DNA of 64,000 nucleotides from positions 22,630,001 to 22,694,000 of the forward strand of contig OX597833.1 of the NCBI GenBank assembly GCA_951406725.2. The letters run 5' to 3'. Shown in pieces: positions 25,801 to 38,246 of this stretch; within the stretch, counting starts at the first letter, position 1, and every line of letters begins with the position of its first letter. Origin of the DNA: Octopus vulgaris. Lineage: Eukaryota. The translations under genes and the position numbers were made by a program. The notes beneath the pieces were generated by a model. That model saw only the letters and a program-made list of their open reading frames with translations. It had not been told where the DNA came from and searched no databases.

Positions 25801-27889
25801 GCATCCCAAATTTTGGCAGCGAGAAAGGCCTTGGACCGTCACCTCAAAGCTAAACATGAGGGATGCATGGTTCGGGCTAAAGTACGTGCATTGGGCTGCG
25901 AGCGAATTAATGTTGCCGGGTGGGCCCGAACGGTAGAGACCCAGCGTGATAATGATGCCATAATCAGATCTTTGAGTGACGAAGATGGACGTTTGGTCAA
26001 AGGACAAGAAGAGATGTGTGAGGCACTTTACAAGCACTTCACCGATTTGTTCTGGAGGAGCGGGACGCTAGACCATAGAGAGGCCTTACAGGACTTCCTG
26101 GCTGATGGACCGCGTCTCTCGGCACAAGCAGCTGAGTGCTGTGAAGAGCCGATTACAGCTTCAGAGGTGATCGAGGCGGTATCTGAGTGCCCCCGGGGAC
26201 AAGTCACCGGATCTTAATGGTCTACCCTATGAGTTTTACAAGAGTATGCTAGACTTATTCGGGCACCTACTGGCCAGCGTCCACGCCAACTGGCAGCAGA
26301 ATGGGAGAATTCCCAGATCTGCGAGCCAGGTGGTGGTGACGTTGATCAGAAAGGACCCGAGCAAGGGGGATATCATAAGTAATTTTCGGCCAATAACTCT
26401 GTTAAACACAGAGTTAAAGATTTTGGCCAATGTGGTGGCAAAAAGGTTGGTGCGTGTCGTGGACAGACTTGTCAGGGAGGCGCAAACTAGCGCTATCCCG
26501 ACCGGGTCAACTCGCGACAATCTCCATCTTATACGCCACTCCTTAGAGAGGGTTGGAAAGATTTCTGGTAAGGGCGGGGCACAGGTACATTTAGACCAGT
26601 CTAAAGCATTTGATAGGATCGACCATCGGTACCTGGCGGCGATACTCGGAAAGGCCGGGTCGGGCCCGACTTTCGCGGTTAGATTGCTGCTTTGTACAGC
26701 GACATCGAGTCTATCGTCCGAGTGAAATTTTTTTTCAAAACCGTTCAAGATTGAACGCTCAGTACACTAGGAATGTCCCCTGTCACCGCTTTTGTATGTA
26801 TTGGCTCTTGAGCCATTTCTACGTAAGTTGGAGGCATTAGGGGGCGTGATGCATGATCTGTGATGTAGAAGGGGAGCTACTGCGTATGCGGATAGCATCT
26901 CTATCATCGTGTACGAAGAAGGGCAGCTTCCTTATGTGGAAAACGCCATCAAAGGATACAAGGCGGTGGCTGGAGCAAAGGCTAAGCAGGACAAGTCAGT
27001 CGGCTTGCAACTCGGCACCTGGCGGGGCAAGTCGATGTCGTCCAATAACGTCGTGGGGCGTTGGACGGAAGGTCCGGTTAAGTTGCTAGGGGTCTGGTTC
27101 GGTCAAGACCTCCAGATAGAGAAGAATTGATTGGAGCGAGGTCACGGGCAAGGTGATTGCCCTAACCCAGACCTGGTCTGGGGGGCGTTATCCTTGCTAG
27201 GTAGGGCGGAGGTGGTGCAGATGTTCATAGCATCTGTCATTGCCTACCGCCTGGCCGTTGTGCCTTGCCCCGATTTGTGACTGAACAAGTTGGAAAGAAT
27301 CCTTTTCCGTTTTTTTTGGAAGGGAGGAAAGTACTTGTAAAGCGCTCTGTCTGCTGCCAAAAGCCGCTAAAGGGTGGGCTAGGGATGCCTTGGCTGAAGA
27401 TGCGAAGACTCGCGTTAAGGTTGAGACACCTCTGGCTTTACCTGGATGGAGAGCAGCTGTGGTCACGGCATGTAAGGTTCTATCTTCCACAGTTGACGTC
27501 CTTTGTGGATATTGGTCCATGGATCAAACGAAGACCAGGCTGGGAGATTGGCAATTGGAATGCCAGCAGGCAGACCAGCTACTCTCTCGGGCGGGCAATA
27601 CCGACACACAGGAGTTCAACTGCGGATTTCTATAGCGGGTTAGTGGAATTTATGCCAGACGATGTCCTGGGGAAGACCCTGAGCTTCGATGGAAATCAGT
27701 TGATCAACCTGTTCAGGAGAACTTTCGGGCCGGGGTATCTGGATAATTACCAGTGCTACCAGTGCTAATTGGCAGTGCTACCGTTCGGCTTTGCCTGTTC
27801 GAGACAAGCTGTCAAGGCACGGAAGTGCCGTCTCGCTGACATGCCCGAGGTGCAGGCGTGACAGAGAAACTGTCTTGCACACCTTCAGG
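22894..27889 (+). mobile_element. L1/Tx1-clade LINE: ORF1 (~23450-24800) and ORF2 (~24860-27886), inactivated, 3' end missing
   Basis: APE motifs: LNVCGL, ATETKL, VLGDYN, WTW..SYLDRI, TDH. RT motifs: NFRPITLLNTELKILA, LDQSKAFDRIDH, CPLSPLLY, AYADS, KLLGVWF, GGLGMP. The C-terminal finger reads CPRC...ETVLH. Confidence 0.93.
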
Positions 27890-28584
27890 TAACAATGTTT
27901 GTACCATACAGTGAACATAAATAGCTCGAATACTAAAATAATCTTTAGCATTAACAGATATGTAGGACAACTCAAGGGCCAAGAGAATACAGTCATATGG
28001 CTGTCAAAACAACCACATAACCACCTCTATGCTTCACTTTAGGGGCTAAATAGTTAGGGTTGAAGGCTTCTTTAGGTTGTCTCTAGACATAAAATCGCCC
28101 CGAAGTGGGGAAAAAAGTGAAAGATGATTCATCAGAAAAAACGACACTGTTCCATTGTGCCACGAGCCACTTCTATTCGTTTTGTTTTCCGTTTACAAAT
28201 GTTGATGGGCTCAGAAAGGTTTAGCGATTGTAGCCCTCCAATGGTATCCAGCTTTATGAAGCTCATGATGAAGTTTTGGTGGACACAAAGTTGGCAAGAT
28301 GGTAATTTAACTCTGCTGTCATTTTTGTTGCTGCTGTACAGTTAGTTCAATAGTATTTTTAACACAATACGTTATACTATTCTCTGGCCCTTCTCTGTGA
28401 GCTTTGCATTCCGTCAGGAACTGTGCTCGCCAGAACTGGTTTTTGCCTTAGTTTTGGCATGCCAACATCACATTAGAGACTGCACCTTTCGAAACATTAA
28501 ACAAATCAGTAGCTTTAGCGATTGGAGTTCCAGCCATCCGCGCTCCAACAATTTGTCCTCTTTTGAAATCAGATAGCTACGCAT
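27883..28584 (-). mobile_element. Tc1-family transposase relic, C-terminally truncated
   Basis: Minus strand reads LSDFKRGQIVGARMAG..FNVSKGAVSNVM, FSDESSF..GRFYV..EAFNPNYLAPKVKHRGG, YSLGP and VHCMVQTLLPEG. Confidence 0.85.
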
Positions 28585-29769
28585 TTGAAATTATCTAAAT
28601 ATAAATTCAAGAGATGACAGATATTGGTAAGATTCTAGGGAAACATCGGTCATTGGAAACAACCTATCAAGGCTAATGGTAAGATAAGACTCGTAAGATA
28701 AGACTCATAGCACATGAAGACTCATTAAGACTAGAATTCGAATTCAGCTGAAGAACGTCACTTCATGATCCTTTTGATAGATGTAGAAACTATCCTACAA
28801 ATCTTAGAAAACCGAAAGGAAGTCTAGCTGCTATTTATATTCGTGAAAAGTTATTCCACTTTCACGGAGCTCTATGCCAGCTCAGGCATTCATTGTTATC
28901 AAGATAAAGAGCTTACTTTAAGTGGCTCCCACCCTTCTTACCACAAAATACTTGAAGGGAAACATTAGTCATCACATGCAGCATAGGAGTTAATTCTTTC
29001 TTACTCTCACTTTCAGTATACATACATACATACATACATACATACATACATACATACATACATACATACATACATACATACATACACACACACACATACA
29101 TACACACATACATACATACATACATACATACATACATACATACATACATACACACATACATACATACATACATACGCATGGAGCGTGTATATACAAGCAC
29201 AAATATAATTCTTTTATTATAATCCTTAAAAAGTGCAGACGGGTATCTAATTCGTGCATATCCCTTCTTTGTCTGTATATAACTGGAATAGATTATATGT
29301 TGGTATAGATTTGGCACGAAGTGTACGAGGAAAATTATGTATCAGACCTTGAGCACATCAAATTAATTCTCTATTGAATTAATTAATTATAAATATAGAA
29401 TATAGCCCTGTCCTTAAATAATACTGAGGTTATAACACGTGAAGAGGAACATGACTGAAATGAAAGACCGCGGTTTCGATCTTCTTTGATCACTATCCTG
29501 TGTATGTATGTATGTATGAATGTGTGTATATATATATGTTCTCTATTCTTTTATTTGTTTCAGTCATTTGACTGGTACCATGCTGGAGCACCGCCTTTAG
29601 TCGAACAAGCGTGTAAAATTACCTGTTAAAGGTAGTTTTCTTTTGTGTTTAAATGTACACTATTTAATATTGAGAATATGTTGTCTATTGACTATTTATA
29701 CATGCTAGGCCACTGGTAGTGATATTTCTAAGAATATTCGCTACCCTATATATGTATCTTACGAATATG

Positions 29770-29846
<77 letters not shown>

Positions 29847-29899
29847 AGTGTGTGTGTTTGTGTAGGTGCGTGTGTGTGTGTTTGTGTACGTGCGTGTGT

Positions 29900-30125
29900 G
29901 TGTGTGTTAGTGTGTGTTTATTTCTCACCACCGTTTGACAACCGATGTTGGTGTGTTTACGTCAGCCTAACTAAGCAGTTCGGCGAAAGAGCGGACAGAA
30001 TAAGTATTAGGCTTTACAAAAAAAAAAACAAAAAAAATCCTGGCGTAGATTCGTTCGACTAAAGTTCTTGAAGCTGGTACCCCAGCATGGCTGCACTCAA
30101 ATGACCGAAACGAATAAACGGATAG
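29900..30125 (+). mobile_element. SINE family A, 3' module
   Basis: TTGACAACCGATGTTGG...CCAGCATGGCTGCA. Confidence 0.7.
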
Positions 30126-30544
30126 ACACACACACACACACATACACATGCGTTTATGTTTACATATGTGTATATGTGTACACCAGTCAAAACGCCACTC
30201 TCAGAGCAGACTTTTGGTTACTTCGTTTGGAACGCTGTTAGGTCTTTGGACGAAATTAAAACTGTAGAATCGAAGAATCTATAAAATGAGGGTAATATCA
30301 TTAGTTCTTTATTTGCATCAATATAATTTATATTGCGAAAATTTGTTGAATCAAAACTTCACCCGATCTTCAAGAACCTTCGTTTGTTCTCTCTTCCGAT
30401 CTTGCTTTGCCAAATTTTATTTTTGGTTTCATATCGTTACGTGCAACTCTTCCAAGGCCGTTTCAATGCAAATAGGTTTTCGTTCGCGAATTTCAATTTG
30501 ATTTTTAAATACAAGTTGAAAGAAAATTAAGTTAGCTCAAGATA

Positions 30545-30727
30545 TTGGTTTCAAATTTTGGCACTAGACCAGCAAGTTCGCGGTAGTGCGTAACTGGTAC
30601 TTATTTTATCGACCCGAAAGGATGAAAGTCAATCTCAGCGGAATTTGAACTCAGAAGGTAAAGACGGCCGAAATGCCGCTAAGCATTTTGGTCATCGTGC
30701 TAATGATTCTGCCAGATCACCGCCTTA
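30545..30727 (-). mobile_element. SINE family B
   Basis: GGTACTTATTTTATCGACCCGAAAGGATGAAAG...CCGCCTT. Confidence 0.8.
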
Positions 30728-30859
30728 AGTTAGCACATAATGCTAAAGAACTTTTTCTTCTTGAGCTCAGTATGAGAAAACTGAGTGTCGTTAAATGTTC
30801 CATGGCTTTTATGTGAAGGGAAAAAATTTATTCAATAACAAAACTGCTACTCAGATGTA

Positions 30860-31100
30860 CCGTATCCCTATTCAGAGTAACAACTTCTGGGACCAGTGGG
30901 GCTGCTGAGCAAGAAGAAAAGAAAAGGAACAGAAAAGACTGACCAAGAAGGGACCTTCTGTCCGAAACCACCTATCCCACTTGTGGAAGGAGCTTCTGAG
31001 CAAAAATTGGACTCATCATTTACCTCAGGATCCATCAATTAAAAAAAAAAACGAAGTAAAAAATCAAAGACCATTGTCCTCGACCTCGCGGGATAGCCAC
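30860..31100 (+). mobile_element. RTE LINE 3' fragment
   Basis: Decayed finger YPTCGRSF*AKIGLIIYLRIH, followed by an RTE-type terminus GTCCTCGACCTCGCGGGATAGCC. Confidence 0.6.
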
Positions 31101-32279
31101 GAGAACGACCCCTATCCAACAAAAATGCTTTGCTACCGAAATATATGTAAAAGTTTAAAGGAGTTCCAAAACTCGTTGGAACTATTTTCATTGTTTGTCA
31201 TCCAATTTCTGAATAGGTTAAAAATAATTCGCCAACCGTTATCGCGCTTGTGGCTCTGTACTTCTGCTTCCATTGTTATACTTCTCAGTATTTTGTTGGT
31301 CGTAAGATGCTAAAGATTTGTCTGAAGTTGCGCCGCCGGCTGGAGGACAACAGTAGCATAGAAACATTCCTCGGATTATCCTGATACCAAATATGTACCA
31401 TTCATGCGCGCACGTGTGTGTGCACGTACTGTGCGTGTGTGTATGTATGTATGTGCATGTGTTGTATGTGTGTGTGCGTGTGAGGTGGAAGTTGGAAACC
31501 CTGGGTATATTAGTCATGGAGCCCTGCAGACACACGTACAGAAATTCGCATTTATTCGCTAAGATGTGAGTGTTTCAGATATGAATTCGTAACTGATGAT
31601 ACTTTAGAGGCGGTGAAAAATGTGAGATGAGTGCACGAAAAGTGTAATATATTTGAAATGGACACAAGGAGGTAGAGGATAGAGAGATAGAGAAGAGCCA
31701 ATGCAAAGTATGCTTGAGTCATATCAACAATTAGGTGGATAAGAGGAAACATGAGCTGACATCTTATGCAATTTTAAACCTAATTTCACCCCTTCTTCAC
31801 GATTTATATTGGAGTGACGTGAATTTGAAGCAAAGGATAGGTAGTTGTTAAGCCAGGTGTTTGTTGAACGAGATGGTCGAATATTACTTCAGATAAGGTA
31901 GATTTACCTTACAAGTAGACAACACACGAAATTAAGGAGGCTATTATAGATTATTGTTTCTTCTGGTCGTTCTACTCAGACGTTTTATCAATCTCCGTTT
32001 CTTATCGACATTAGTTTCAAGTAGAGGCCAATTGCGGTAGCTGAGATTATGAAATATACGATTGGAAAGTTTACGTCAACTGTTCAGCCTTATTTAGTTT
32101 TCTTTTCACATAGAAAGTAGAAATATGTCTCGATGTACACTTGTAGACCATTTGTAGGCAGAATCAGTAGAGCGGCGGCATTAAAAGTGTTGGACGTATT
32201 TTGTCGTATCTCTAGGTTGCGAGCTCGAATATTACCTAGGTCAACTGTGTTGCTCAATCCTCTGCGATCGATATAATAA

Positions 32280-32865
32280 TGGTTTCACATTTTGACACCA
32301 GGCCAGCAACTTCGTGGGCAGGGGTAAGTCGATTACGTCGAACCTAGTGTCCAACTGAAAGTTATATTATCGACCCCGAAAGGATAAAACACAAAAATCG
32401 ACCTCGGTGGAATTTGAAATCAGATCGTAAAGACGGACGAAATACCTATTTCTTTACTACCCACAAGGGGCTAAACACAGAGTGAAAAAACAAGGACAGA
32501 CAAACGGATTAAGTCGATTATATCGACCCCAGTGAGAAACTGGTACTTATTCAATCGACCCCGAAAGGATGAAAGGCAAAGTCGACCTCGGCGGAATTTG
32601 AACTCAGAACGTAGCGGCAGACGAATTACCTATTACTTTACTACCCACTAGGGGCTAAACACAGAGTGGACAAACAAGGACAGACAAACGGATTAAGTCG
32701 ATTATATCGACCCCAGTGCGTAACTGGTACTTAATTTATCGATCCCGAAAGGATGAAAGGCAAAGTCGACCTCGGCGGAATTTGAACTCAGAACGTATCG
32801 GCAGACGAAATACGGCTACGCATTTCACCCGGCGTGCTAACGATTCTGCCAGCTCGCCGCCTTAA
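32280..32865 (-). mobile_element. SINE family B with three cores and two linkers (184-bp period)
   Basis: The linker CCTATT.CTTTACTACCCAC.AGGGGCTAAACACAGAG starts at 32445 and again at 32629. Confidence 0.9.
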
Positions 32866-33297
32866 AGCGATCGCTAAAATAATAACAACGATACAAGTAC
32901 AGAGAGGCCAGCAATGTACCTCCTTCAGTTCTCTTAGGGCGCAAATAATAAGAAATAAAATTAAAAAAACTCCGTAGAAACTCAATTTTAACAATGCATT
33001 CCTTTTGTTCTTTTACTGGTTTCAACAACTAGCTTGTGACCATGCTGGAGCACTGCCTTTAAAAGTTTATCCGACCATATCGACTACAATACTTCTTTTC
33101 CAATTTGCAATTTTTTTGATTTTGTCGATTTCTATTTCTCGAACCTCTAGGGTACGGGATATAAATGGAAACGTATAAACATCGGTATGGAGACAGACAC
33201 ATACGTGCCATGTAAGTGCGCGTGCGCGAGCGTGTGTGTGTATGTGTGCGTATGCGTGTGGATGTGTGCATACATGTGTGTACACGCAACATCTATC

Positions 33298-33332
<35 letters not shown>

Positions 33333-33702
33333 TTGTCTGTGTGCGTGTATGTGCGTGTGTCTGTGTATGTGTGTGTGATTGAACTCGGAACCACGTGGTT
33401 GCGAATCGAATTTCTTAACCATTAACCTATGCATTCACAATGTTTTGCCATCGGAAGTGATCGTCAGCGGTTGTGCATCTATAGTACACTTCAACTTATA
33501 CTATTGTACCTAAGTAAGAAATCGCTATACAAAACGTTGACCATGGACTCGAGGAAGACACGAACGTTACGTAATTGCGTTTTGCCTCCTCTGTACTCCC
33601 AAGTTCATGATCATTGCTGTTAGTGTAAGAAACAAAATCAAAAACCAAAAGTAAATGTTATGATTACGGTAAACTAAAATTGACCTCAAACAAGGTTTAA
33701 CA

Positions 33703-33919
33703 CTGTCGATCGACTTGCTAGAAATAGCAGCTAAATCTCTCTAAAATAACACTCATCTTAAAATGGGGAGAAGAAACATTGGACAGTGGGGATGGAAATG
33801 GATCTCTGTCGATCGTCCTGTTAGAAATAGCAGCTCATTCTCACTAAAATAACACATTCCCATTTTAAAATGGGGGAAAAAGTAACATTGGACAGTGCAA
33901 GGGGATGGAAATGGATCTC
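33703..33919 (+). repeat. Tandem duplication (~105 bp) of an old interspersed repeat
   Basis: CTGTCGATCG..TAGAAATAGCAGCT..CATTGGACAGTG..GGGGATGGAAATGGATCTC occurs twice. Related sequence lies near 37700 and 59360. Confidence 0.8.
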
Positions 33920-34215
33920 CATCGGCTTCGACGATCAGTATTCAGTTCTTCAATTACCTGAAATACCTGCTCTCTCATACGGAATGAACGTGGCTGAGTA
34001 TTCCGCAGACACGTGTATCATTAAAGTAATCCACAAGCTGTCTGTATCCGAGTGACGCAGTGCATCTCAAGGCCGAATCTTTGAGTGACGAATATAAATA
34101 ATCCACCCTAGGCTTGGGTCGACTAGCGGTTTACCTAAGGGCCATTTGCCGGAGATTCCGTGCAGTGTGTTCGAACTCTGGATCTCGTTGTTGTAACAAC
34201 AACAACGACGACAAC

Positions 34216-34246
<31 letters not shown>

Positions 34247-34267
34247 GCACCAACAGCAACAGTAAAT

Positions 34268-34640
34268 GGAGGCGCAATGGCCCAGTGGTTAGGGCAGCGG
34301 ACTCGCGGTCGAAAGATCGCGGTTTCGATTCCCAGACCGGGCGTTGTGTGTGTTTGAGCGAAAACACCTTAAGCTCCACGAGGCTCTGGCAGGGGGTGGT
34401 GGCAACCCCTGTTGTACACTTTCGCTCTAACTTTCTCTCACTCTTTCTTCTTGTTTCTTGTCCCCGACTTCCTACGCAACCGCTGAGCCTGGATGCGCAT
34501 TCATCCATCCGTCGATGCTCTCGGTGTCGGGGGTTGACCTGCTTTGTCTTCTGCGGGTCTTATGAATAGCAAAGGACCACGTTTCGGACTTCTCCCACGG
34601 GGACGAAGACCGCTTCGCTCAATAAACAAACAAACAAACA
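34268..34640 (+). mobile_element. tRNA-derived SINE with a family D head and a different tail, inside an (AAC/AGC)n tract
   Basis: The A-box TGGCCCAGTGG, GCAGCGGACTCGCGGTCG and B-box-like GGTTTCGATTCC are shared with 10067-10384. The tail is (AAAC)n. Confidence 0.85.
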
Positions 34641-34916
34641 GCAACAGCAGCAACAACAACAACAACAATAGCAGCAGCAGCAGCAGCAACAACAACAACA
34701 GCAACAGCAACAACGACTACTACGACGACGATAACAACAGCAGCGAGTGTTCTTGCCATGCACATTCTATGAATGTTGTTGGAATGCACATACGAAGGTG
34801 CATATCGTCATTCTGTATCACTATAAGCTTCAAGATCGAATCCTGCCAAATTCAATGTTTCATGTCATACGTCCATGGTCTATGAAATTAGCACAAGCCA
34901 AGATGTAAACAATGTA

Positions 34917-35074
34917 GGCGCCGGCGTCGCTGTGTGGTAAGAAGTTTGCTTCTTAACGACATAGTTCCGAGTATAGTCTCAATACGTGGAACCTTTGGCA
35001 AGTATCTTCGACTGTAGCCGCGGGCCGACCAAAGCCTTGTGAGTGGATTTGGTTAACGAAAACTGGAAGAAGCC

Positions 35075-35080
<6 letters not shown>
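34917..35080 (+). mobile_element. SINE family A head
   Basis: GGCGCCGGCGTCGCTGTGTGGTAAGAAGTTTGCTTC...GTGAGTGGATTTGG. Confidence 0.8.
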
Positions 35081-35129
<49 letters not shown>

Positions 35130-35136
<7 letters not shown>

Positions 35137-35399
35137 AAAAGAAAACGGAGAAATTGACATATAGACATCAGTTTATTAGAACATAATTCTATTCTGAACA
35201 ACATGAAACTCAATTTCACCTACAATTGTTTCCATGCTCAATTAAATCAATTTGAGAAATTAAATTAAATTAAATTAAATTTTCATAATAAAATTTAATT
35301 TAATTTAAAGTGAAAGTGAGTTTGATATTGTTCAGAATTGTATTATGTTCTAATAAGTCGATGTCTACATGTCAATTTCTTCGTTTTCTTTTTCTCATA
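35130..35399. repeat. Fold-back palindrome with ~90-bp arms
   Basis: 35130-35219 is the diverged reverse complement of 35310-35399. Confidence 0.85.
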
Positions 35400-35668
35400 C
35401 ATAAAAAAAATAGTATACCCGTATCCATCAATGCGAAGCTAACATCCTTGGTTTTCTAGTGGTATACTGGATAAAACCAGGGAACTTGGATGCTGATATC
35501 TCTTTAAGAGAATTTATATCCTTGATATATATATATATATATATATACTCTGTGTGTGTGTGTGTGTTCCCACCACAGCTTGACAACCGGTGTTGGTTTG
35601 TTTACGGTTGTGTAGCTTAGTAATAGAGACCGATAGAATAAGTACTGAGGTCGATTCATTCCAAACAC

Positions 35669-37366
35669 AAGCCATGCTTCTGTACTAATATGACGATGGG
35701 AGTAAAAAGGCAATAGCTCATGCGTCACGATCGTTATTACCAGCAGAAAGGAACTAAAGTCAAATAGAAAAGGAAGTGTTAGCAATCATATTCGGTGTGT
35801 AAAAATTCCATAGATTTAGTCACGGAAGAAGTTTCTGTTTACAAACGGATCATCGTCTACTACTGGCAACATTCGGTTCTAAAAAAAATGAATGCCAACA
35901 CACACAGCGAATAAACTAAAGCGATGGGGCACTACGTTATTGAATTATGAGTATAAAATGGAATATTTACCGCCAAAAAAACTAGAGCATGTAGATGGTT
36001 TGTCCAGACCGATACCAAAACATTGCGAGCCATTCGAAAATACGGTAATCACAGCATTAAGATCAAAAGGAGAAATAAAAAATGTAATGTGAAGTGTTAT
36101 ACGCAAATTACCGGTAACCCTAGAAGACATAAAACGAAATGCAGAAAAGGACAAATATATAACAGAAATGAAAAGAATTCTGTGGACAGGAAAAGTAAAT
36201 AGGAACAGGATTGGTGTGAAACGAAACCAAGACGTGAACCTATATTCAATTTGTGATGATGTACTGATGTATGCACAGAGAGTAATAATAACTGAAAGAC
36301 TGCAAAAGAAAATGTTGAGGGAATTTCATGTTGGATATCATAGTAATTTGAAGATGAAAGCTTTAATACGTATCTACGTGTATTGGCCTAAAAGGGATAG
36401 AGGAATCGGAAATTTAGTGAAAGGCTGCAGAGTATGTGCTCTAAGGGCAAAATTACCGACGATAAAAAGTGAACTTTGACCAAAAGTAGATGTACCGCGG
36501 TCGAGTCTACACATCGATTTCACTGGTCCCTTAAACGGTTAATACTACTTAGTGGTAGTTGATAGTTTCTCTAAATAACCAGAAATGTTTAAGTGTAAAA
36601 AAGCTAAGCATCTCAACTACGATAAATTTTCTACATGAGCTATTTGCGAGATTTGTTGTCCCAGACACGATAGTGTCTGACAATGGAAAGCAATTTGTGT
36701 CTATTGAGTTTAAAAAGTTTTGTAAAACGTTCGCTGTAGAACACATAGCTACTGCGCCATACCATTCCAGATCTAACGGACAAGCAGAACGTTTTGTCGA
36801 TACGTTCAAGAAAGCTCTAAGAGAGTCGAATAAGGAAGTCACGGATGAGATAGCGCTACAACAATTGCTAAGAGTATACAGAGTGACACCAAATCCAAAC
36901 ACACCAGCAGGTATGACACCAGCGGAGCTGATGTTTTCGAGGAAAATAAATCAGTCTTCGATAAATTACTACCTGGTAAGAAAAGGAAAATTGAAATGGA
37001 TAATACAGCAAGATATCTTAAAATTGGTAAAGATGTATTTGTTAGGGCTTATAAGATCGGAAAGCAAAGTTGGTAAGATGGCGTGATTACCAAACGCATA
37101 GGAAAAAGGTTATACTTGGTTAAAGGAAGAAAAAGAGTACACAAAAGACACATGAACCAATTAAAATAAAAAGGTTCGTTGAGAGCGAAACCAAAAGAAT
37201 GGAAGAACGAATGGAATGGTCATATGATACTTTTCAAGTACTAACGCCACTACAAATAATTGAACCCAGACGCACAAGTGAATAAAAAAGAAAATGTACG
37301 AAGTTCCTGGAGGTGGATGTCAAATGAAAAAATATAAAAAAAGACTAATAAAGGGAGGTGGGGTGA
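35669..37366 (+). mobile_element. Ty3/Gypsy pol relic (RNase H and integrase; K02A2.6/Mag-like) with polypurine tract
   Basis: RNase H: AIAHASRSL..SQIEKEVLAIIFG, QTDH, RWGTTLLNY, HVDGLSR. Integrase: HHCC region FHVGYH..YVYWP..CRVC and core VPDTIVSDNGKQF..APYHSRSNGQAERFVDTFK. PPT AAAGGGAGGTGGGG lies near 37350. Confidence 0.92.
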
Positions 37367-37597
37367 TGTAAAAATTATTAATATAAAGAAATAAAATTAC
37401 ACTCCCTGAGAGAAAAAAAATTAAAAGGGGAGATGTTATGGGGATAATAATAATAATAATGGAATACCTCTCCCACGTATGTGTAGTCGTTACAAATACT
37501 GTGACGTCGAACATCGGCAGTAGTCGGTCATAGATAGTCGTGTCTTACTTTCCAATTAACTATACTGCTATACCGGAGTGGATGTTATAGGATTACA
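37367..37597 (+). mobile_element. Putative 3' LTR of the Gypsy element
   Basis: Starts TGTAA directly after the PPT and ends TTACA. There is no second LTR in the window to confirm it. Confidence 0.65.
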
Positions 37598-38197
37598 ATA
37601 TGAAGTATAAAAATAGAACGACGACGTGTGAATTTGGAATGATTAACAACGATAACTTTAGAGAAACGAGCTAAAGAAAAGACAACTATTTGTTTGTGGA
37701 CCAGCTACAATAGCAGCTAAAACTCTCTCAAATCACTTCCCATCGTTTTAAAAAGGGAAGGCGACAGACTAATGTTGTCCTTGATGTGTTATATCATAAA
37801 CATAGATGGAATGGTCCTGACTTGACTGCATTTAATCAAAAGTTTGCATAATGAGGGAGGAACTGAGACTAAAGACAACAACAATAAAAACAACTACTGC
37901 AATATTATAGAGATTTGCAGTTTTAGATCGATATCAGTAGAGAAGGAAAACATTCTAGATGTTGGATAAGGTTGAAGAGCAGTAAATGTAATGTTTTATC
38001 TAAGGAAAGTTATGAAATACAAGATTCAGCTGTGTACGTCTGTAAATCTTTGTTGTTGACATTTTGGAGAATTGGATTGGTGGCGGGCTATTCACTTTCT
38101 TTCTTAGCGTCAATAAAGTATGTAATTAGATAGGTAGCTTGCAAGATCTGTATTTACAGATAGACGTAAACATACTCACACACACAAGCACACACAT

Positions 38198-38246
<49 letters not shown>

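Noticed and set aside
31550-31860. Possible decayed LINE 3' region on the minus strand
   Set aside because: Only compositional resemblance; no motif firm enough to call.
32280-32865. Regularly spaced repeats resembling a CRISPR array
   Set aside because: The spacers are near-identical, the units are SINE parts, the context is eukaryotic and there are no cas genes.
34268-34345. tRNA-like sequence with A and B boxes (also 10300-10384 and 418-490)
   Set aside because: It continues into a SINE body and tail and has no clean cloverleaf, so it is a SINE head rather than a tRNA gene.
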